Shown here: piece by piece, positions 1-6,395 of the stretch | Layout: every line of letters starts with the position of its first letter | How positions within the stretch are numbered: position 1 is the first letter of the stretch | Source: Myxococcales bacterium | GTDB lineage: Bacteria; Myxococcota_A; UBA9042 | Assembly (NCBI GenBank): GCA_037441385.1 | Contig: JBBISH010000159.1 | Location: 1-12,027 of the forward strand | Direction: 5' to 3' | Length of the DNA stretch: 12,027 nt | Notes under the pieces: generated by a model | Told to the model about the DNA's origin: nothing | What the model saw: the letters and a program-made list of their open reading frames with translations, nothing else | Databases searched by the model: none | Made by a program: the position numbers and the translations under genes

Positions 1-735
1 CCGGACCACACGAGCTCGGGCGTGCCGCGCTGGCTGGTGCTGGTCGGCCTGGGGCTGGGCGTGCTGGTCGCCGGTGCAGTGGGGGTGTGGCTGCTCATGG
101 GCGGCACGGCCACCGTGATGCATTGGCTGCCCGAAGGCGTGGCCAAGACGCTGGGCGAGAAGCCGGGCGAGGGCAAGCGCGTCGAGCAGAAGCTGTCGGA
201 TTATCCCGGCGACAAGGCGGCACCCGCTGGCGAAGTGGCCGAGGACGATGGCCAGCCCCCATCGGCCGAAGACCTGGAAGACGCAATGTCCCCGCTGCGC
301 GACCTGGCGGTGGATGCCGACGCCGCCATCGCCAAGGTGCGCCAGGCTGGCACCGACGATCTGAATGCGACCGCCGCCGCCGAGAAAGCCATCCAGACCC
401 TGCGCACCGCGCCCGTGGGCGAGGCCAGCAAAAAGGCCAAGAAGGCCGCCGAGGAGCGGCGCAAAGCGATGGTGCTCGAGCGCATGCAGGCCTTGGCCGC
501 GGCCAAGCGCTTGTCCAAGGCGACGCACATGATCCACGCCGCGCCTGCCAAACTGCGCCAGGCCGCCGACGACAGCAGCCCAGACGTGGCCACCCTGGAA
601 GACGGCGTGCTGGTATGGGTGCACCTGGACACAGGCAAGGGCTGGTCGCGGGTCGACGTGCTCTCGGGCACGGCCAGCGGCAAGAGCGGCTACGTGTCGA
701 ATACGGCGTTGACCAAGCTCAAAGGCGCCAAGTAG
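1..735 (+). CDS. Membrane-anchored protein with C-terminal bacterial SH3 (SH3b-like) domain; probably 5'-truncated by the window edge
   Basis: Frame is open from base 1 (PDHTSSGVPRWLV...) to TAG at 733-735. It contains a TM segment WLVLVGLGLGVLVAGAVGVWLLM and a charged, Ala-rich helical linker. The C-terminus AKLRQAADDSSPDVATLEDG...GWSRV...GKSGYVSNTAL fits the SH3b pattern (LR..P..S.....L..G......W..V.....G[WY]V). Third codon positions are GC-biased. Confidence 0.75.
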   Translation, partial: PDHTSSGVPRWLVLVGLGLGVLVAGAVGVWLLMGGTATVMHWLPEGVAKTLGEKPGEGKRVEQKLSDYPGDKAAPAGEVAEDDGQPPSAEDLEDAMSPLRDLAVDADAAIAKVRQAGTDDLNATAAAEKAIQTLRTAPVGEASKKAKKAAEERRKAMVLERMQALAAAKRLSKATHMIHAAPAKLRQAADDSSPDVATLEDGVLVWVHLDTGKGWSRVDVLSGTASGKSGYVSNTALTKLKGAK

Positions 736-786
736 CTGACAAAGCGTCAATCGGCGATCGTGCCGGCCGACACACCCACGTCCGGG

Positions 787-2382
787 TCAGGCGCCGCGCA
801 CCCGCAGGCGCAGCCCACGCGGCGAAACTTGCAGGGCCGCGGCCGCCGCATCGATGTCGCCGCCCGTTCGGTCCAGGGCCGTTTGCAGTTCGTCGTCGGG
901 TACGTCGATCGCGCGGCGAATGACCGGACATTGGTCGATCAACGCATAGAGCGAACTGCGAGCGATACCCAAATAGCGCGCCGTGGGCGAGATTTGCCAA
1001 TTGAGCCGCTGCAGCGCGGCCACGAGCATGGCGTCGTCGATGGCCTTGGGCCGCAGGGGCTGCCCCGCCATGGGGCTGTGCGGCCGCGCACCGGGCAGCG
1101 CGATGTCGGGCTGGGTGGTGTCGGTCGCGGGCACGCGCAGCACGTGGTCCAGGCTTTCGTGGATCTCGGCATCGCTGCGTCCCAGGCCGTCGATTGCCAA
1201 GCGCCGCACCACGTTGCGCAACTCGCGGACATTGCCGGGCCAGTTGTACAGCAGCATGCGCTCTACGGCCGAGCAGGGCAGGTGCGTGCCCGGGCCCTCG
1301 CTATAGTGGTGGTGTTCGGCCTGCAAAAAGGCCATGGCCAGCACGGGGATATCTTCTTTGCGGTGGCGCAACGGCGGCACCCGCAGGGTATAGCCGCCCA
1401 ACCGGTGGCGGAGCGGCGCGCGCAGGCGCTCGGCCAACTGCGGCGAGTCGATGTCGCGGTCCGTCGCCGCGATGACGCGCACAGACACCTTGCGCGTGCG
1501 CCGATCGCCAACCCGCTGGACTTCGCCCGTCTCTAGAGCGCGGAGCAGCATGGCCTGCACATCGTGGCTCAGTTCGCCGATCTCGTCCAACAGGAGTGTA
1601 CCGCCGTTGGCGCGGGCAAAATAGCCGTCGTGCTCGGTGGCCGCGCCCGTGAACGCGCCGCGCACGTGGCCGAACAGCTCCGAGGCGGCGGTCGAAGCCG
1701 GGATGGCCGCCACGTTGACGGGCACGTACGGTCCCGACGACCGCGGCGAGGCCTCGTGGAGCGCGCGGGCGACCAATTCTTTGCCCACGCCCGACTCGCC
1801 TTGAATCAGGACGGGCACTTCGTGCTGGGCCACTTTGCGGATCTGTTGGCGGAGCTCGTGCATCGAGCCCGAGAGGCCCGCCAGGTTGAACTCGCCCTGC
1901 GACCAGGGCACAAAGCCGTGGTTGTGGATGAACACGGCGATCTGGCGCGACACCCGCACCACGATCCCGCGGTCGACTTCGGCGGGCGTAAAGCGCCGTT
2001 CGTCGATCAGGCTCTGGCCCTGCACCCACGCGGCCACGGGGGGCGAGGCTTGCGCGATCACCAGTTCGCCCTCGTCGCTGGAGAGTATCAGCGGGCGGCG
2101 ACTGATGTGCGGGTCGCTGAGCGGCACTGGGCGCGCCCCATCGGTGCGGATGAACGCCGGGGTGAGGCGCGACAGCTCGACCGGACCCTGGCTGAGCTGC
2201 AACAGGCCAAAGGCGCCAATCATCCCCGGGTCGGGATGAGCGACGACCGTGGCGCCAAGGTCCTCGTGCTGACCGCCCGCAACGTCCGCGTGTCCGGTGT
2301 CAAAAGTGTCGACGTCCGCGTCCTGGGCCGCGTCCGGCGATGTGCGCAACATCGCGTGTTTGCTTAAAATCCGATTGGTCAT
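787..2382 (-). CDS. Sigma54-dependent enhancer-binding protein (NtrC-family AAA+) with degenerate FHA-like N-terminus and C-terminal Fis-type HTH(s)
   Basis: Walker A GESGVGKE, SELFGHVRGAFTGA (intact GAFTGA loop), Walker B GGTLLLDEIGEL, QAMLLRALE, VRVIAAT, PPLRHRKEDI, WPGNVRELRN, and HTH ISPTARYLGIARSSLY. The start ATG overlaps the upstream gene's TGA (ATGA at 2379-2382). Confidence 0.95.
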   Translation of the reverse strand: MTNRILSKHAMLRTSPDAAQDADVDTFDTGHADVAGGQHEDLGATVVAHPDPGMIGAFGLLQLSQGPVELSRLTPAFIRTDGARPVPLSDPHISRRPLILSSDEGELVIAQASPPVAAWVQGQSLIDERRFTPAEVDRGIVVRVSRQIAVFIHNHGFVPWSQGEFNLAGLSGSMHELRQQIRKVAQHEVPVLIQGESGVGKELVARALHEASPRSSGPYVPVNVAAIPASTAASELFGHVRGAFTGAATEHDGYFARANGGTLLLDEIGELSHDVQAMLLRALETGEVQRVGDRRTRKVSVRVIAATDRDIDSPQLAERLRAPLRHRLGGYTLRVPPLRHRKEDIPVLAMAFLQAEHHHYSEGPGTHLPCSAVERMLLYNWPGNVRELRNVVRRLAIDGLGRSDAEIHESLDHVLRVPATDTTQPDIALPGARPHSPMAGQPLRPKAIDDAMLVAALQRLNWQISPTARYLGIARSSLYALIDQCPVIRRAIDVPDDELQTALDRTGGDIDAAAAALQVSPRGLRLRVRGA

Positions 2383-4634
2383 GCCAGTGTGGGGTCAGGT
2401 TGCTGTTGGCGAAGTCGTTCGATGGTCGCGCGGATCAGGTTTTGCTCGGGCAGGCCAAGTTGGGCCGCGACCAGCAGCGCCTCGCCAAGCAGGGCGCCCG
2501 CCTGTTCACCACGCCCGCGCGTGGCGGCGATTTGCCCGGCCAGGTACAACGCCCCGCCCAGACTTCGACCGGCGCGCGCTTGCCGCAAGGCCGCGACAGC
2601 CCGATCGATCGTCTGCGCGGCCAGGGGCCAGTCGCCACTGCGCGCCAAAGCTTCGGCCGCCAACACCTGCGCGTCGCCACGCTGTGCCGCGGGCACCTGG
2701 GGCAGTGCCGGGTGGGCGAGCAGCCCTTTGGCGGCGTCCAAGCGGCCTTGCGCCAAGTCGATGCGCGCCCGTTCGGCGGCATACGCTAGCGCCAGACTGG
2801 GATTGGGAGGCGGCGGTGCCACCCGCAGCTGGCCCAGCGCGGCCACCGCACCGGCAAGGTCGCCCTGCTGCCGTGCACACCAAGCCAAGCTGTGGGCCGC
2901 CGCGTGCGCCATCGCCCAGCGGTGACTCTCCAAGCTCCGCGCCAGCAGGCCGGGCAGCAGCGGCTCGGCGCCGGCGGCATTGCCCAACGCCAAGAAGAGT
3001 TGCGCCAGTTGCAGGTGCGCGTCGTCGACCAGTTCGGCCAAGCCGGCGGTCCGCGCGTGCTCGCCCGCGTGGACCAAGCTGAGCTGGGCTTCTTCGCCGC
3101 GGCCCAGACCCTGCAGCGCGGCCGCCGTGGCCAGAAGGGTGCGCACCAGGCCCTGGGCGTCGCCAGCCTGGTGCGCCAGGGTCAGCGACTGTTCGGCCGC
3201 CCGCAAAGCTGCCGCGGTTTCTCCTGCTGCCGTCAAGGCTTGCGCCCAGCGCGCCCCAGCGCGTGCCTGCCAGCGCACGAGCGGCTGCGACTGCGCCAAT
3301 TCGACCGCCTGCTTGGCCACGGCCCGGGCCGCGACCGGGCCGCCTTCGTCCAGGTAGCTGGCCGCCAGCGCGTCGAGTGACGCCAATTGTTGAATCGTCG
3401 TGCCGACTTGCGCAGCCAACTCCACCACCGCTACGGCCGCATCCAAGCTGCGCACTCCGCTAGCCGCGGCAAGGTGTAGCTCGGCTAGTTGCGGCGCTAC
3501 GGCCAGTTCCGCACGTCCTGCCGCCTCGGCCAACTGCCGCGCCCGGTGCAAGGTCGCCAACGCCTCTGCCGCCGCGCCCAGCCGCCGCTGCGCTTCGGCC
3601 AAGCCAACCAGCGATCGGCACACGCTGGCGTGATCGTCGCCGTGGGCGAGCCCGGCCTCTTGCCAAAGCTGGGCCGCCTCTTGGCTGCGCCCACCGTGCA
3701 GCGCCAACGCCGCCGTCAAGTCCAGGCGCAGCGCCCGCACGGCGGGGATCGCCAGCATGGCTTCGGGCAGGGGCTCTTGGACTACCGCTGCGGCAGCGGC
3801 CCAATCTTCGTCGTCAAGGAGCGCCAGACCCAACTCGGACTGCAGGGCCACTTGCGCCACGTCCATGCCCGCCAATTGCGCGGCGTCGCGGGCCCGCGTC
3901 AGACTTTCTACGGCACCGTGGGGATCGCCACAATGGCGGGCCAAGCGCGCATCGACGCGCAGGCACTCGACATACAGCGAAAGATCGCCCGCCTGCCGCG
4001 CGGCTTGGGCCGCGGCACTCAGCAGCAGTTGCGCCTCGCTGTGCCGCCGCAGCGCCACGGCGCGCGCCGCCCGCACCACCGCCGTAGCGGCGCGCAGGGC
4101 CAGCGCTTGGCGATCTAGCACCAGGTTGGTGTCGCCCAACACTTCGAATGTGCTTCGGTCCTCGGCCGCGGCGACCAGTTGCTCGGCCACCGCCGCCTCA
4201 CCCTGCTGCCACTCGCGCAGAGCCAGCGCCAACAGCGCCCGCGCGGCCAGCAGCGGGGCAGCGCCTTGATCGGCTTCCGATCGCGCCCTGGCCCACAACA
4301 TCGCCGCCTGGGCTCGTTCGCCGGCCAGCCAAGCCAGATCCGCCAATTGCAGGCAAGCCGCGGCAATTCCAACCTGATCACCCGCCTGCTCGTGCAACGC
4401 CAACGCGCGCGCCGCGTAGGTCGCCCCACCGGTGATATCGCCTTGATCCGAGCACAACTGGCTGCGCTCCAGCTCGAGCCACGCAACCTGGGACTGCAGC
4501 TGCGGATCGCGCGGCTGCAGGAGTTCGGCTTGGCCCAACGTGGCCTGCAGCAGCGCCGCGGCCTGGGCATGGAGGCCTTGACTGCGCAGTTCGCGCACCC
4601 AATCGATTGCCGGCCGTGTTTCGCGATCGCTCAC
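2379..4634 (-). CDS. Tetratricopeptide-like repeat (alpha-solenoid) protein, 751 aa
   Basis: Ala/Leu-rich helical repeats of about 40 aa run the whole length (ALALHEQAGDQVGIAAACLQLA; AAQAARQAGDLSLYVECL; SLTLAHQAGDAQGLVRTLLATA). The GTG start is preceded by AAGGGGG, and the stop overlaps the EBP start. Confidence 0.8.
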   Translation of the reverse strand: MSDRETRPAIDWVRELRSQGLHAQAAALLQATLGQAELLQPRDPQLQSQVAWLELERSQLCSDQGDITGGATYAARALALHEQAGDQVGIAAACLQLADLAWLAGERAQAAMLWARARSEADQGAAPLLAARALLALALREWQQGEAAVAEQLVAAAEDRSTFEVLGDTNLVLDRQALALRAATAVVRAARAVALRRHSEAQLLLSAAAQAARQAGDLSLYVECLRVDARLARHCGDPHGAVESLTRARDAAQLAGMDVAQVALQSELGLALLDDEDWAAAAAVVQEPLPEAMLAIPAVRALRLDLTAALALHGGRSQEAAQLWQEAGLAHGDDHASVCRSLVGLAEAQRRLGAAAEALATLHRARQLAEAAGRAELAVAPQLAELHLAAASGVRSLDAAVAVVELAAQVGTTIQQLASLDALAASYLDEGGPVAARAVAKQAVELAQSQPLVRWQARAGARWAQALTAAGETAAALRAAEQSLTLAHQAGDAQGLVRTLLATAAALQGLGRGEEAQLSLVHAGEHARTAGLAELVDDAHLQLAQLFLALGNAAGAEPLLPGLLARSLESHRWAMAHAAAHSLAWCARQQGDLAGAVAALGQLRVAPPPPNPSLALAYAAERARIDLAQGRLDAAKGLLAHPALPQVPAAQRGDAQVLAAEALARSGDWPLAAQTIDRAVAALRQARAGRSLGGALYLAGQIAATRGRGEQAGALLGEALLVAAQLGLPEQNLIRATIERLRQQQPDPTLA

Positions 4635-4658
4635 CGCAGCCCCCTTGGAACGATGGCG

Positions 4659-4667
4659 ACTCTAGCA
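4659..4667 (-). promoter_or_regulatory. Putative extended -10 sigma70 promoter for the TPR-EBP operon
   Basis: Minus strand reads TG-C-TAGAGT (TGnTAnnnT) about 25 nt upstream of the GTG at 4634, with an SD-like AAGGGGG in between. No good -35 element. Confidence 0.45.
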
Positions 4668-4707
4668 CGGTTTGCGAGCCGGTACAGGGCCTTTGCCCGC
4701 ACGCCGG

Positions 4708-4736
4708 TTGCCCGGCGCACGCAGATCGCCTAACCT
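4708..4736 (+). promoter_or_regulatory. Putative sigma70 promoter for the acyltransferase
   Basis: TTGCCC (4708-4713), a 17-nt spacer, then TAACCT (4731-4736), ending 9 nt before the ATG at 4746. Confidence 0.5.
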
Positions 4737-4745
4737 AGCACCATC

Positions 4746-5735
4746 ATGATCGAACTCGCCCAACTCGCCCGCCTGCGACTTCACCGCAAACCCGTTGGTC
4801 AGCTGCTCATGGCCGAATTGGCCCTGCGCTGGGACTATGCCTTGCCGCGCAAGACCACGATCGTCGTCGAGAACATCGAGGCTATCCCCAAGGATCGTCA
4901 GGTGTTCTTGGCGATGAACCACACCGACCGCTACAACTACTGGCCGTTCCAATACGCCCTGCACCGCCGCGGCTGGCCGTACACGGCGACCTGGGTCAAG
5001 GGCAAGTACTACGACCATCCCTGGATGGCGCGGTTCATGGACTCGACCAACAATATTCCAGTTCCATCGCGTGGTTACGTGCTGGTGGCCGAGTTCCGCA
5101 AGCAGTTCGCGCGCAAGACTTCGGACACCGAGTACCGCTTCTTGCGCAACGTGGTCGACGGTCTGGGGGCGCTGGACGAAGCCCAATTGGCCAGCCAAAG
5201 CGCCGACGTGCAGCGGTTCGTGAGCGAGCGCGGCGGCAGCCTGGCCGCGTTCCAGCGGCAGTTCGAGGCGGCGTTCGAGCCGATGATCGATCAGGTGATC
5301 CGGCTGAATCGCGAGGCGATCTGCGAGCTGGGCTTGAATGTGCTAGTTTTTCCGCAGGGTACGCGCTCGGTGCGTTTGAGCCGCGGGCACACGGGGCTGG
5401 TGCAGATGGCCAACCACCTGGGCGCCGCGATCGTGCCGGTTGGCTGCAACGGTTCCGAGCAGGTCTATCCCGGCAACTCCCCGTTTGCCAAGGGCGGTCG
5501 CATCGTCTATCGCGTGGGCGAGCCGCTGGAATTCAGCGGTGCCGAGCTTGCGCCGCACGCGGTGCGCGAGGCCTTCAAGCCGCTGACCAGGCAAGCAAGC
5601 GAACGTCACGGAGCCGCGTTTGCGGCCGCGACGGCGGTAGTCATGAATCGAATCAACGGGTTGTTGGACCCGCCCTATCAGTTCGACGAGGCGCAAGGGC
5701 CGCTCGGTTCGCAAGGGGCGGCGCGCTTCTTGTAG
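4746..5735 (+). CDS. Lysophospholipid/glycerol-phosphate acyltransferase family protein (PlsC-like) with variant motifs
   Basis: PlsC-type architecture: VENIEAIPKDRQVFLAMNH (block I), NNIPVPSRG (block II), VLVFPQGTRS (block III), GHTGLVQMA...AAIVPVG (block IV), and the typical RIVYRVGEPL tail. Confidence 0.85.
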   Translation: MIELAQLARLRLHRKPVGQLLMAELALRWDYALPRKTTIVVENIEAIPKDRQVFLAMNHTDRYNYWPFQYALHRRGWPYTATWVKGKYYDHPWMARFMDSTNNIPVPSRGYVLVAEFRKQFARKTSDTEYRFLRNVVDGLGALDEAQLASQSADVQRFVSERGGSLAAFQRQFEAAFEPMIDQVIRLNREAICELGLNVLVFPQGTRSVRLSRGHTGLVQMANHLGAAIVPVGCNGSEQVYPGNSPFAKGGRIVYRVGEPLEFSGAELAPHAVREAFKPLTRQASERHGAAFAAATAVVMNRINGLLDPPYQFDEAQGPLGSQGAARFL

Positions 5736-5759
5736 CGCCAACCGGCCAACTGGGCCAAT

Positions 5760-6275
5760 TTACGCCGCTGTTACCCCGTGACCCGCGAGCCAACCTTGCA
5801 GGCCGGCGCCGTGGCCGCCCAGACCCTCGATATGGTAGGTCTGGCCGTCGCAGTGCAACGTGGCGGTCTGACTCTGGAATTCCACGCCCGAGATCGCCGT
5901 CAGCGGCCACTCGAAGCGGAACTTGCCCATCTCGACCGAGCCGAGCGACTGCAACGTCGCAGAGCCGTCGTCGGCAAGGGCACCGGTCTTGGTCACCACG
6001 CGCGAAGTGGCTTCAAAAATCAGCACATCGTCCGCCACAGTCAGCTTGCCAAACGGTGGCATGGCGCCGTGGACCGCGCCGGCCAGGTTGCAACTGACGC
6101 GCTCGAAGGTCGCGGCCACCGGCGGCGCTGCGGGTGTGGCTGGCGGCGCTGGAATCGCAACCGGCGCGGGAGTTTGCGGGGCCTGTTGGTCTGGAACTCC
6201 CGGCTTGCGGCGCATTGCGACCACCGCCACGACCACCAACACCACTGCGAATGCTGCCGCTGCGATCCAGACCAT
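5760..6275 (-). CDS. Small single-pass membrane protein with Pro-rich linker and putative PH/GRAM-like domain (171 aa)
   Basis: ATG at 6275 has AGGAGG (6284-6289) 8 nt upstream. N-terminal TM VWIAAAAFAVVLVVVAVVAM is followed by RRK, a Pro/Ala linker and a beta-rich domain (GKLTVADDVLIFE...FEWPLTAISGVE). The ORF-track extension to 6611 overlaps the kinase and was discarded. Confidence 0.75.
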   Translation of the reverse strand: MVWIAAAAFAVVLVVVAVVAMRRKPGVPDQQAPQTPAPVAIPAPPATPAAPPVAATFERVSCNLAGAVHGAMPPFGKLTVADDVLIFEATSRVVTKTGALADDGSATLQSLGSVEMGKFRFEWPLTAISGVEFQSQTATLHCDGQTYHIEGLGGHGAGLQGWLAGHGVTAA

Positions 6276-6347
6276 CCTTGAACCCTCCTGACGTCGCCCG
6301 AATTGTCGCACGAAGCGGCGGCGACTTCTAGCGCCCGGGCGGGTGCG

Positions 6348-6358
6348 ATGGTACGGTA
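6348..6358. promoter_or_regulatory. Overlapping divergent -10 elements between the PH-like gene and the kinase
   Basis: Plus strand: TG-G-TACGGT (extended -10, 6349-6357). Minus strand: TACCAT (6353-6348) and TACCGT (6358-6353). All lie in the 120-nt divergent intergenic gap. Confidence 0.35.
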
Positions 6359-6395
6359 GCGGCACCGGCGGTCTGGCCGGCGCGGATGAGCGGGC

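Noticed and set aside
736..786. Short inverted repeats (TGAC-N5-GTCA; CGGC-N6-GCCG) between the convergent SH3b and EBP genes as a terminator
   Set aside because: The stems are only 4-5 bp and there is no convincing U-tract, so they are not distinguishable from chance.
87..923. Arg-rich alternative-frame ORFs (87..923, 2297..3082, 7925..8830 and similar)
   Set aside because: Their Arg/Pro/Gly-rich composition is typical of off-frame translation of high-GC genes, and each overlaps a better-supported CDS.
760..2367. Plus-strand ORFs 760..1536 and 1564..2367
   Set aside because: They are antisense shadows of the sigma54 EBP, expected from GC-biased codon usage, and have no recognisable motifs.
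2379..4634. TPR protein as part of an Avs/STAND or CHAT-type anti-phage system
   Set aside because: No NTPase Walker motifs, protease dyad or nuclease/TIR/SIR2 effector is visible in it or its neighbours.
4662..4676. TAGCACGGTTTGC as a sigma54 -24/-12 promoter
   Set aside because: It lacks the invariant GG, and the spacing to GC is 8 nt rather than 10. I found no convincing sigma54 promoter in the intergenic regions.
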